Below are positions 9,885 to 19,597 of a DNA stretch of 64,000 nt, piece after piece. The stretch's first letter is position 1; every line of letters starts with the position of its first letter. The DNA is from a virus. Lineage: Duplodnaviria; Caudoviricetes. A program made the translations under genes and the position numbers. The notes under the pieces are model-generated. The model searched no databases and was not told the DNA's origin. It worked only from the letters and a program-made list of their open reading frames with translations. The stretch spans positions 64,001-128,000 of IMG/VR virus record IMGVR_UViG_3300032167_003270; one strand, written 5' to 3'.

Positions 9885-11366
9885 TTAATACCAACTATAC
9901 ATATTACGAAACCCTCCAAAATCTTGTAATAATCGTTTAACCTTTCCTGACCGTCTTAATTTTCTAATTGCTTTCTCTTCAATTTGTCTAATTCTCTCAC
10001 GAGTAACACCATATAATATAGCAATTTGTTCCAATGTCATATAATCAGTATAACCAATTCCCATTCTCTTACGAATAATATCTGCTTCTTTTTCAGATAA
10101 AACTTCATTCAAAATGATATTGATTATATTTCTTAATTCTGTTTGAATGGCTTGGTCTTCGACACTCATTGATTCGTCTTCAATAAAATCAATTAAAGTT
10201 GAGTCTTCTTCTTCTCCCACAGGAATATTAAATGATACTACTGAATTTGCGTCATAATAAGTCCAATATAATTGAACTTGTTCAGGAGTAATATGCTTTG
10301 TTGATGAATTAAAGAGTTTATTTTCATTTATGTAATCAGCAACCTCTTGAAATGTTGGTGTTCTACCTAATTCTTCGCTTAATATTGCAATAGCCTTATT
10401 ATTTATTCTTGCTTGTTCAACTGCGTGAACAGGCATACGAATAGTTCTTGAAGAATTTGCAACTGCTCTTGTAATTGCTTGTCTAATCCAATGAGTTGCA
10501 TATGTAGAAAATCTAAATCCTAAATCAGGATTATATTTTTGTACTGCTGTCATAAGTCCAATATTACCCTCTTGAACTAAATCCAATAAATCTACTCCTA
10601 AACCTATATAATGTTTAGCAATACTAACAACTAATTTTAAATTAGATTTTGCCATTTTATCGGATGCTTCTTTATCCCCCTTTTGTGCTCTCCTAGCTAA
10701 TTCAATCTCTTCTTCTAAAGTTAATAAAGGTAGATTTTGAGCAACAATGGCATTTAAGTATGATTTAAAAGAGTCGTCTGAATATAAGTCATAAGAATTA
10801 GTATCTTCTTCGGTTTCAGTTTCTTCTATATCAATACTATCTAATTCTTCGTCTAACTCTCCATCTAATTCTATATCTGATGTTTCCACATAATTTAAAA
10901 TCTTATCAATTTCTTCATTTATATTGATTTCTACATCATTATTTTCAGAAATTGTTTCTTCTTCAATAGAAATAATTTCAACATTTAATTTATTGAAATA
11001 TGCAAATACAGATTTTAACTTATTTTTATTTAAGGTATATTTTTCTGATAATACGTCAACAATTTCTTGGTCTGTGAGTTTATTGTTGTTTTCTTTAGCC
11101 CTTCTTGTTAAAGTTGCAACTCCCTCTAACATTTCAGTTAATGTCTTATTATAATCGTCAATAACCTTAATTCTCTTATCTTTACAAAATTCTAAAGCTA
11201 TATCTATATAATATTGCTTTTGAAAATCTTTATTATTCCACAATTCATTTACAATAACACTTTTTCGTATAGTTTTATTATTCTGTTTTGCTAATGACTC
11301 TATAAGATTTAATTTCTTTTCTGTAAAACGCTTACCATATTTATTAGTCATATAAGTTTCCTCCAA
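9885..11366 (-). CDS. RpoD/SigA-like sigma-70 factor with an N-terminal extension
   Basis: Region 2 DLVQEGNIGLMTAVQKY...FRFSTYATHWIRQAITRA, region 3 RTIRMPVH and region 4 TLEQIA..GVTRERIRQIEEKAIRKLR. Confidence 0.92.
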   Translation of the reverse strand: MEETYMTNKYGKRFTEKKLNLIESLAKQNNKTIRKSVIVNELWNNKDFQKQYYIDIALEFCKDKRIKVIDDYNKTLTEMLEGVATLTRRAKENNNKLTDQEIVDVLSEKYTLNKNKLKSVFAYFNKLNVEIISIEEETISENNDVEININEEIDKILNYVETSDIELDGELDEELDSIDIEETETEEDTNSYDLYSDDSFKSYLNAIVAQNLPLLTLEEEIELARRAQKGDKEASDKMAKSNLKLVVSIAKHYIGLGVDLLDLVQEGNIGLMTAVQKYNPDLGFRFSTYATHWIRQAITRAVANSSRTIRMPVHAVEQARINNKAIAILSEELGRTPTFQEVADYINENKLFNSSTKHITPEQVQLYWTYYDANSVVSFNIPVGEEEDSTLIDFIEDESMSVEDQAIQTELRNIINIILNEVLSEKEADIIRKRMGIGYTDYMTLEQIAILYGVTRERIRQIEEKAIRKLRRSGKVKRLLQDFGGFRNMYSWY

Positions 11367-11417
11367 AGTATTATTTATATTATTATATCAAAAAGTTTTT
11401 TATTTGTTTACATAACT

Positions 11418-12176
11418 CTACTGTATTTTTTTGGCAACTACAACAAATCTTCCATTCTCTGTATGATAAGCACAAGTAGATAATGTAATTAGTTTATCGC
11501 CATATTCGGCAGTTGTTTCTATTGTATATGGTGTATGATTTTTTGCATAACTGATAAATTCATTAAATTCTTCTTCTGTACCGTCTACAAAATTGTAGTA
11601 TTCATAAGTACCTGGGTTTACGTCAGTTCTAAATGCAGCAATTACCTCATACATAGCATCGTCATCATAAATTGTTCCGAAATGTATATATTTATGTTCT
11701 TCATAAAAATCTTGTTTCTCATATTCGTCTATTTGATTAAACATTTTTCCAGATTGCATATGATGACCGTGCATTATTATATTATCAGACGGTTTTTCTA
11801 TATCTGCGTCAGCACCACAGAAAATTGTACCATTTGCATTGTAATTTTTATAAAAATCCCTATGTAAATAATATTGTTCATCATTAGGTGTCTGCATAAC
11901 AGGATAATCAATAGGTGTACCGTCAATTTTAATCCAACCAACAAAATCATTATTCAAATGATAAATTTGTTCATACTTATTTCTTTCTAATTCATTCCAT
12001 TCTTCTTTCTTTTCAAATTCTTCTGGCTCAATAATAAGTTCTTTTAAATCATCAACTGTTTCTTCATTTTGTTTGGTTTCACTAAAATAATCATATAAAT
12101 ACCATCCAGAAATACCAATCATACAAATACATATAAGTAATATAATAATTCGTATCACTTTAATAGATTTTTTCAT
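11418..12176 (-). CDS. srtB: Class B sortase
   Basis: N-terminal TM helix, GWIKIDGTPIDYPVMQ, HGHHM, and catalytic LITLSTC...R. Confidence 0.88.
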   Translation of the reverse strand: MKKSIKVIRIIILLICICMIGISGWYLYDYFSETKQNEETVDDLKELIIEPEEFEKKEEWNELERNKYEQIYHLNNDFVGWIKIDGTPIDYPVMQTPNDEQYYLHRDFYKNYNANGTIFCGADADIEKPSDNIIMHGHHMQSGKMFNQIDEYEKQDFYEEHKYIHFGTIYDDDAMYEVIAAFRTDVNPGTYEYYNFVDGTEEEFNEFISYAKNHTPYTIETTAEYGDKLITLSTCAYHTENGRFVVVAKKIQ

Positions 12177-12181
12177 ATAAT

Positions 12182-12412
12182 TTACTTCCTTTCAGATATT
12201 ATTTTTAAATAACCCATTTTTTCATTAAGTATATACATATTTTCACTTGAACTGTTTAAAAACTCTAATATCTCATCAAATAATTCTTGTGTAATTTTAA
12301 TTTTTACCTTATTAGATATTGAAATTTTTTTATTTAATTCAAGTGTTATATCTTCTTTATTACTTAATTTAATTATACTTCTAGCCTTGCTAGATAATTC
12401 TTTCCATTTCAT
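12182..12412 (-). CDS. Hypothetical protein
   Basis: 76-aa ORF with an AGGAG RBS, downstream of a promoter-motif copy at 12426-12438. Confidence 0.55.
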   Translation of the reverse strand: MKWKELSSKARSIIKLSNKEDITLELNKKISISNKVKIKITQELFDEILEFLNSSSENMYILNEKMGYLKIISERK

Positions 12413-12441
12413 TTTTATCTCCTAACATAATTAAATAGTTC

Positions 12442-14241
12442 TTATTTACAATAATAACCCACTTTAATATTACCACAATCGTAAATCTGATAATAACCAG
12501 CGTCTAACATATTTTGAATTTCAGTTTTATTAGAATCAAATTTATCTCCTAATAATTTAGATAATTTATGTTTTTGTGCTGACACACGGTTTAATTTTTT
12601 ATTTTGTTTATAATATGTATATGATGGGTTTGTAACATTAATATAATCAAATCCTATATTATAATAACTATTACCATTAAATTTACTTAAATCTATAAAG
12701 GATATAAAATTATTATAAGGTTGGTGTTTAATCAATTTAGAAAAACCACCAATAACTTGTGTGTTTAGTTTAGTACACATTCTTAATAATTCAAATTCAT
12801 CTTTATTATATCTGGATTTACCCATAGTAATAAGTTGAACTAATTCATTATTATAATATAAACCTAATCTATAACTTGACGGAACATTTCCTTGTAAATG
12901 ATTTTCTAATAAAAATTGTTTTGATTCCTTATATGAAACCTCTTTGATTATACAATTTCTTGCATATATTTTATTTTCATATATACCTAAAGCCGATTTT
13001 ATTAAAGATTCACAAATCTCTCTATTATTACACCATTCCCATTCAAAAATATGAATGAGTCTAATATCTTGTAATAAACATAATTCTGTTTTATTAAGAT
13101 GATAATTTTTACCAACATTTCTATGATAATAATTACTATTATACTCAATAGCAATTTGTTTATTTGGAATATATATGTCTAATTCATATGGTTTAATAAT
13201 ACTTCTTGTATTTTTAATTACATCTCCATCATATATAGATTTAACAAATTCATAAATTTCATCTTCAATTCTACTTCTAGTATGAGTGTTATTATAGTTA
13301 ATAATTTTTTGAATATCAGAATTTGCTATGAATTTATTTGATTTATAAGTAAATTGAGTTAAAGTATCTTTTATAGTTAAAAATCCTTGACCATATAAGT
13401 CAATAAGTTTACATAATTGCGTACAATCTTTATCTTTTTCAAATTTTTCAATTTCTAATTTTTTAGTTAAAATGCGTTTTTTTATAATATCATCTAATTT
13501 ACAAACATTTTCAACATTATACTTTTTAATAATGGTTTCTTTAGATTTTTTCTTAAAGTGTTCAGATTGTGTTATTATTTCAGTTCCATATTTAGATTTA
13601 CAAGAATTTTTACTCTTTTCTCTAAACTCTTTTGTTTGTAAATAATAATCTGTTCCATATTTTTCTCTACAAGTATTTTTGGTCTTTTCTTTAATACTAT
13701 CTAATGCTTGTGGATTAGAAATACCATATTTTTCTATATTTGTTTCTTTTGCTTTTTCTCTATTATTATAATTTTCATCACCATATTTATCTAATTTAGT
13801 TTTTTTACATTTATTTTGTACATTTTCATTCTTCCAGGGATTATCAACACCATATCTTTCTTGATTTGTATTTATAATCTTTTCTTTAATTTGTTCACTA
13901 CTAAATCCTGAACCACCATATAAATCAATTCTTTTTTGTAATCCCTTTTGAATAGCCTCTTGTGTATGACTATTTATTTGTGCTTTTTTCTTTGTTTCTT
14001 CTAAATTTAAATTACTTTTAACACCAAATTTTGCTAAATTTGTATGTTCTAAACAACAACCTATTCTATATCCATCTTCTATATTTATAAATTTAGTTTC
14101 TTTTCCACAAATTTTACAAATTTTGTTACCTTTAATATATTCATCATAATATTGTTGCCCAATTAAATTATGTTTTCTACTTAAATGATTACAAAGTGCT
14201 ACTCTATTTTTAAATTCTTGGTCACATATTAAACATTTCAT
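12442..14241 (-). CDS. Free-standing putative homing endonuclease (Zn fingers + KYG repeats + Vsr/PD-(D/E)xK-like domain)
   Basis: CxxC..H..H and CKICGK; repeated T..EKYG.dN; ELDIYIP..IAIEYN..YH...IRLIHIFEWEW; C-terminal DCG. This architecture is typical of large-phage HEG-like genes. Confidence 0.7.
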   Translation of the reverse strand: MKCLICDQEFKNRVALCNHLSRKHNLIGQQYYDEYIKGNKICKICGKETKFINIEDGYRIGCCLEHTNLAKFGVKSNLNLEETKKKAQINSHTQEAIQKGLQKRIDLYGGSGFSSEQIKEKIINTNQERYGVDNPWKNENVQNKCKKTKLDKYGDENYNNREKAKETNIEKYGISNPQALDSIKEKTKNTCREKYGTDYYLQTKEFREKSKNSCKSKYGTEIITQSEHFKKKSKETIIKKYNVENVCKLDDIIKKRILTKKLEIEKFEKDKDCTQLCKLIDLYGQGFLTIKDTLTQFTYKSNKFIANSDIQKIINYNNTHTRSRIEDEIYEFVKSIYDGDVIKNTRSIIKPYELDIYIPNKQIAIEYNSNYYHRNVGKNYHLNKTELCLLQDIRLIHIFEWEWCNNREICESLIKSALGIYENKIYARNCIIKEVSYKESKQFLLENHLQGNVPSSYRLGLYYNNELVQLITMGKSRYNKDEFELLRMCTKLNTQVIGGFSKLIKHQPYNNFISFIDLSKFNGNSYYNIGFDYINVTNPSYTYYKQNKKLNRVSAQKHKLSKLLGDKFDSNKTEIQNMLDAGYYQIYDCGNIKVGYYCK

Positions 14242-14323
14242 AAAAAATTCTCCTTTCTTTTTATTATAATTAAATAGTTCTTCATTATATAATCTACCAA
14301 TAGCAATTACCTTATAAAAATAA

Positions 14324-14357
14324 AAACAGATATTAGAATTTAATCTAATATCTGTTT
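14324..14357 (-). terminator. Terminator directly after the IntN-bearing gene
   Basis: Perfect 14-bp stem AAACAGATATTAGA/TCTAATATCTGTTT with a T-tract. Confidence 0.7.
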
Positions 14358-14361
14358 AATA

Positions 14362-15129
14362 TTAAACTAATGTATTATACATTAACACAGGAGTTTCTCC
14401 GTCAAAACATCCCGTTCCACCACATATTAAAATGCTCGTAGAGGGCACAGTTTCGTAAAGTTCGTCTGATTTATTTTGGTCATTCAAATACCAACCGATA
14501 GGACTGATTTTTTGAGTTGTAGGATTTATCGTTAATCCCATAGGTACAATATTCCAATAAGGGTCATCTTTTGGAGAAAAACTTGCTCTTTCTGGAATAG
14601 GTTGTCTTTTTTTACATTGAACCATAATAACACCCTGGTCAATAAAAGTTTTTACATAGAAATAGGAATAATGAATTGATTTATCTGACATTTCAGTAAC
14701 AAATTCTTTTTTATCTACTTCTTTTCCACCCCTATCATAATCTATATAGATATATTTAGAATCATAGAAAATGATTGAAGTTCCTAATCGTTTTTCTGCA
14801 ATTTCAAATACCCAGTCATCAAAGGGTGCTTTTCTTAGGAATAAAAGTCTATCAATTACTGCTATAATCACACAAGCAACTGCTGCTAAAATAACAATAA
14901 GAATAAACATTCTATATATTTTTAATTTAGTAATCATAAAGAATGTTGGTACAAAAGTTAAACCAAACAATAAAACTGCCCCTACTAATAATAGAATAGA
15001 TAGTGTTCTACAACTTTTAAACACTTTATAGCAAAATTGATGTTTCGGTTGTATACCTCGTAAGACCTGTTCTTGGTCTTTAGTATCGGCAATGCTATTA
15101 GATTCAGACTTTTTTTCATTTGTTGCCAT
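14362..15129 (-). CDS. N-half of a membrane-anchored FtsK/SpoIIIE-type ATPase ending in a 15-aa split-intein N-fragment
   Basis: Two TM helices, then IVPMGL...IGW...SILICGGTG (first half of Walker A), then CFDGETPVLMYNTLV-stop (intein block A). Confidence 0.88.
   Translation of the reverse strand: MATNEKKSESNSIADTKDQEQVLRGIQPKHQFCYKVFKSCRTLSILLLVGAVLLFGLTFVPTFFMITKLKIYRMFILIVILAAVACVIIAVIDRLLFLRKAPFDDWVFEIAEKRLGTSIIFYDSKYIYIDYDRGGKEVDKKEFVTEMSDKSIHYSYFYVKTFIDQGVIMVQCKKRQPIPERASFSPKDDPYWNIVPMGLTINPTTQKISPIGWYLNDQNKSDELYETVPSTSILICGGTGCFDGETPVLMYNTLV
14365..14409 (-). other. IntN fragment, system 1 (15 aa)
   Basis: CFDGETPVLM resembles the block A of Sce VMA (CFAKGTNVLM). Confidence 0.88.
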
Positions 15130-15135
15130 TATAAT

Positions 15136-16617
15136 TTACCTCCTAATATATTTAAAAGTTCCACAATCAAACAAAATTAACCATTCATTATCTAACATAT
15201 TTTGTTTTTCTGATTTATTAGGGTCAAAATTTTGTAATAATTTAGATAACTTATGTTTTTGTGTTTGATTACGAGATAATTTTATATTTTGTTTATAATA
15301 TGAATATGATGGTGGTGTGATTGATTGTTTAATCCAACCTGATTTTTCATATCCAATACCAGTAAATAATGCTCTATCTACATAAGAAACAAGTGGTTCT
15401 TTAATTTGATTTAATAATTTAGAAAAACCACCAATAACATTAGTATTTAATTTAGAACACATTCTATACAACTCATATTCATTCTTTTTATAACGAGATT
15501 TACCCAAAGAAATAATTTGAACTAATTCGTTGTTATAATATAAACCAATATGTAAAGAAGCATTAATTTCTCCTTGAATATGATTATCATTTAAGAATTG
15601 TTTTGCGTCTTTATTAGATACATTTTTTATTATACATTTTCTAGCATAAATAATAGTTTGATTTCTATTTAAGGCATTATCTATAATAGATTTACAAATA
15701 TTCTGTTTATTATTCCATAACCAATCTGTTATATGAATTAATCTTATATTTTTATCTTCACATAATTCAGTTTTTAATAAATGATAATTTTTATCATATT
15801 GAGAGTGCCAATAAACACCATCACACTCTATTGCTAAATTTTTATTTGGAATATAAATATCTAATTCGTATGGGGATATAATTTTTCTAGTATTTTGAAT
15901 AGCATTTGTATCATTTATATAGTCAAAAACCTCTTGTTGAAATTTAGAATTTACTCGTTTAGAATATTCTTCTATTTCTTTTAATAAAGATGAATGAATA
16001 TATCCTTTATTTTTATATGTAACTATTTTATCTCGATTTTGTTGATGCCAACCAGTTCCAAATTTCATATTTATGTCAACTAATGGAATATACTCATTAT
16101 CTAACATAAATTGAATATATTGATTATGGGTTTGTTTTGTTTTATCTTTATATTCAGGAGATTTTGTATAATTATCTACACCATATTTATCCAAACAAGA
16201 TTTTTTATATTGTTCTTTAAACTCATCACTTTGAGTTATCCAATCACAACCATATCGTTTTCTATTAGTTTCTTTTACTTTTTCTTTTATTTTATCAACT
16301 TGTTCTTTATATTTTTCTACTTTTTTCTTTTTAATATCTTCTTGTTGACTAATGTTTTTACATCCATATTTTTCTAAAGTAGTATTTTCTCTTTTTTGTT
16401 TAGTCTTTATTGAATTTGCTGAACATTTAGCAGAACAATATTCTCTATAACCGTCATTAAAATTAATAAAATTTGTAGGTTTTCCACATATTTTACAATA
16501 ACCCTTTTCATTAAATAAATCATAATATTCTTTAGTTGTTAATTTATGAGAATATTTAATATGAAATAATAAAGATTTTGTTGATTTACAATCTATATTA
16601 CAGATTTTACAATTCAT
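15136..16617 (-). CDS. Free-standing putative homing endonuclease; paralog of 12442-14241
   Basis: Same architecture: Zn fingers, KYG repeats, ELDIYIP..LAIECDGVYWH and a C-terminal DCG. Confidence 0.7.
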   Translation of the reverse strand: MNCKICNIDCKSTKSLLFHIKYSHKLTTKEYYDLFNEKGYCKICGKPTNFINFNDGYREYCSAKCSANSIKTKQKRENTTLEKYGCKNISQQEDIKKKKVEKYKEQVDKIKEKVKETNRKRYGCDWITQSDEFKEQYKKSCLDKYGVDNYTKSPEYKDKTKQTHNQYIQFMLDNEYIPLVDINMKFGTGWHQQNRDKIVTYKNKGYIHSSLLKEIEEYSKRVNSKFQQEVFDYINDTNAIQNTRKIISPYELDIYIPNKNLAIECDGVYWHSQYDKNYHLLKTELCEDKNIRLIHITDWLWNNKQNICKSIIDNALNRNQTIIYARKCIIKNVSNKDAKQFLNDNHIQGEINASLHIGLYYNNELVQIISLGKSRYKKNEYELYRMCSKLNTNVIGGFSKLLNQIKEPLVSYVDRALFTGIGYEKSGWIKQSITPPSYSYYKQNIKLSRNQTQKHKLSKLLQNFDPNKSEKQNMLDNEWLILFDCGTFKYIRR

Positions 16618-16709
16618 TAAATTACCTCCAAATTTAATTATAATATTCTTATATAATTAAATATACCTTTAAAAAAATAAGAGTGCCTATTAAGACACTC
16701 TTACTTTAA

Positions 16710-17159
16710 TTATTTAAGATTTTCTGAAATTTTAAGTTCACAATCATCAAAACCGATAACTTTATCAAAAACATAAGTTTCTAACTTATCATATAGTTCA
16801 TCTCTATTACAATCATTTAATTTTTCTACGATTGAATCAGGAACTCCATATGAATGATATACTTTTGATTTTCTTGTATAAGGGTCTTCTGCAATATGTA
16901 GTAATAATCCCCTATAATTTTCATAGTAATATTCAGGTCTTTCTTGATAAGTTGCCTCATATTCCCAATCTACATTAGTATCTTTAATAGATTGCCACCA
17001 ATGTAAAAGAACATTCATAGAACTTGTAATTCTATTTTCTTTTTGTGATTGTTGAACAAATGAGTCTAGCCACAATTCAGAACTTGCGATTTTTCTAATT
17101 GCAGTAAGACATTTTTCAAAAGTTTCATTATCTAATTTTAATTGTTTAAATTTTGCCAT
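16710..17159 (-). CDS. Hypothetical protein
   Basis: ORF with a GGGAGG RBS, followed by a hairpin at 16678-16703. Confidence 0.6.
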   Translation of the reverse strand: MAKFKQLKLDNETFEKCLTAIRKIASSELWLDSFVQQSQKENRITSSMNVLLHWWQSIKDTNVDWEYEATYQERPEYYYENYRGLLLHIAEDPYTRKSKVYHSYGVPDSIVEKLNDCNRDELYDKLETYVFDKVIGFDDCELKISENLK

Positions 17160-17188
17160 TTAAAAACCCTCCCTTTATAAATTTCTTA

Positions 17189-19567
17189 TTATATTTTTAA
17201 ATTTAATTTTAACTTATTTGGTTTTAAATCAATTAAAGGAATATTATCCACAATAGTAATATCTTGTGCTGTGATTAAATATTTAGTTTCTTCATTGAAA
17301 TTACTAATATGTTTCTTTTTAGTATTATTATAAATACTAATAATTTCTCTAATATCTATATCGGAATTATTTACAATATGTGTATATATTGTATCTGCTG
17401 CCGACTGTTCTAAATTAAAACCGTCTTTAATAGCCAAATTTGCAAAAATTTGATATAATTGCATAGCGTCATATTTAGGAAATTCATAAATCATAGTAAA
17501 TAATGATTTAATACTATCAATATAATTAGATGGTGTATCTGCAATAACAATAGTAACATCATTATTTTCATTTAAGGCTGTTATAATAGCAGATAATGCC
17601 TCTTGTGAATAAGAATCTTTATTTTCTGTAAGAATGTTAATATTCTTAATAAATAAAACCCCACCACTAGCATATGAAATAATTGACTCGGCTCTTCTAC
17701 TTGTATGTCCTACATAAGAACCTTTTAAAAATTCAGCAGATATTTCAAGATATTTATTCTCTTGAATATATCCAAATTGATATAAATATCCTGTTAAAAC
17801 TTTAACTAATGATTTCTTTCCACAACCATCTTGTCCAATAAATAAAATCTTCTGTTGATTTACAGTATCATAAAAATCCTTTTGACCTTTTAATAAATTC
17901 ATTTCGTCTTTGAAAGTTTCTAATCCAACAAATTGTTCTAAATCTTCACTAGGATTTTCTGAACCATTCTTTAATTTAGATTTTAATTCAGCAAGTCTAA
18001 TAATAGATTCATCTAATTGATTTCCAGCAGAAGAATTTCTTAATTCGTGTTGTAAAATATTCTTTCTATCATTTACATAAGGAATTACATCATCTAATGT
18101 AATAATATTACTAACTTTATTTTTATTATTCATATTTCTATCCGCAAAATAGTCCATAATACCATCAACAGCATTTCTAACTGTTCTAGCATTACCAAAT
18201 GATTTAGACTTCTTTTCTAATGTAAATAAGTTTAATAATTCTTCCTTTGCATCGTCATCTACTATATAAGACTTACCATTATAATTACCAATAAATGAAT
18301 TGAAAATATTCAACATTTCAGTTTCAGTATAATCTGGGAAATATAAAGTATGTTTAATACGAGAACTAAATCCCTCATTAGACGCAATAAGTTTAGTCAT
18401 TTGTTCTTCATATCCTGCTAAAATACAAACAAAATCACTTCTATGGTCTTCCATTGCTTTTAATAAAACACCTGTAGCATCAGCACCCATACCGTTTTTA
18501 TCATATAATAAGTATGCCTCATCAATAAATAATACTCCACCCATAGCATAATCTAATATTGCAGATGCTCTAGCAGTATTTCCTGAACGAAGATAATCTC
18601 CACTAATTTCAACATATTGATTTTTCTTAATATAACCAATATCATATAAAATACCTGTTATAATTCTAGCAATACAAGTTTTACCTACACCAGCAGAACC
18701 CATAAAAGCCATATGATTTCCATTATTATTAGAATTTCCATAGAATTTCATTCTATTTTCTAATTTTTTAATTTGGTCTTTTACAGTATCAAGACCTATC
18801 ATAGCGTTTAAATCTTTTGCAGAGTCTTTTGAACCCTCTATAGTTTTAGACTTTATATCTTGTGGTAAATCTGGATTATTTAATACATCTTGTGGTATAT
18901 CACTTTCTTCTGTATTATCTTCAACTTGTACTGTTCCCTCTAATAAATGATTTGAATATGGTGTATCAAACATAATTTTAAGATATGGTGTTTCACTATT
19001 TTTAACTACAACTTCTTCACATACATTAAATGCAAGTTCTGGTTCTAAATTTTGTCTAGTGAAATATACTCTTGCTAATGTACTAATTCTATCATAACTC
19101 CTAAAATTAGGTGGTACTGTTTTAATCATATCTAAAATAAGTTTTTCATATTTAGCAATTTTCTTTTTCATAGAAGAAAAAGTAGCCATATTACTAAAGA
19201 TTACAAATAAAATAGACACAACAAGTGCAATAACACCTATAATAATAGCAGGTTTAATACTATCTACACCGTGTTTTGTCATTGCAGTCCATTTATTTGC
19301 GTGTTTACTAAATGTAAAACATATCCAAGCAGCAAGCATTGCAATACCCGTTGCAATAAAAATTCCACCAAGATTTCCTAAAAGTAATTTTGGTAAATAC
19401 TTACCAAATCTCTCTTTATTATAAAAACCTGTTTTATAAGGCTTTGTATAATCTGCTGAAATATTATATTTCTTGTGAAATTTAAACATTGCTTGTTCAT
19501 ATTGCTTGACTTGTTCGGCTCTTTCATCTAATTGAAAGTACCATTTTTGTAAATCTTTCATTTCCAT
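17189..19567 (-). CDS. Membrane-anchored SpoVK/CbbX(EccA)-like double AAA+ ATPase
   Basis: Two TM segments; LNAMIGLDTVK, HMAFMGSAGVGKT, GGVLFIDEAY and GNARTVRN. The second domain has GQDGCGKK and a degenerate Walker B (GGVLFIKN). Confidence 0.85.
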   Translation of the reverse strand: MEMKDLQKWYFQLDERAEQVKQYEQAMFKFHKKYNISADYTKPYKTGFYNKERFGKYLPKLLLGNLGGIFIATGIAMLAAWICFTFSKHANKWTAMTKHGVDSIKPAIIIGVIALVVSILFVIFSNMATFSSMKKKIAKYEKLILDMIKTVPPNFRSYDRISTLARVYFTRQNLEPELAFNVCEEVVVKNSETPYLKIMFDTPYSNHLLEGTVQVEDNTEESDIPQDVLNNPDLPQDIKSKTIEGSKDSAKDLNAMIGLDTVKDQIKKLENRMKFYGNSNNNGNHMAFMGSAGVGKTCIARIITGILYDIGYIKKNQYVEISGDYLRSGNTARASAILDYAMGGVLFIDEAYLLYDKNGMGADATGVLLKAMEDHRSDFVCILAGYEEQMTKLIASNEGFSSRIKHTLYFPDYTETEMLNIFNSFIGNYNGKSYIVDDDAKEELLNLFTLEKKSKSFGNARTVRNAVDGIMDYFADRNMNNKNKVSNIITLDDVIPYVNDRKNILQHELRNSSAGNQLDESIIRLAELKSKLKNGSENPSEDLEQFVGLETFKDEMNLLKGQKDFYDTVNQQKILFIGQDGCGKKSLVKVLTGYLYQFGYIQENKYLEISAEFLKGSYVGHTSRRAESIISYASGGVLFIKNINILTENKDSYSQEALSAIITALNENNDVTIVIADTPSNYIDSIKSLFTMIYEFPKYDAMQLYQIFANLAIKDGFNLEQSAADTIYTHIVNNSDIDIREIISIYNNTKKKHISNFNEETKYLITAQDITIVDNIPLIDLKPNKLKLNLKI

Positions 19568-19597
19568 AAGTTTCCTCCAAATTAGTTTATTAACATT

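Noticed and set aside
14242-14364. Frameshift or sequencing error as the explanation for the truncated IntN
   Set aside because: The stop is followed by a perfect terminator and non-coding DNA, with no intein continuation visible. The missing parts exist elsewhere as separate ORFs with their own RBS.
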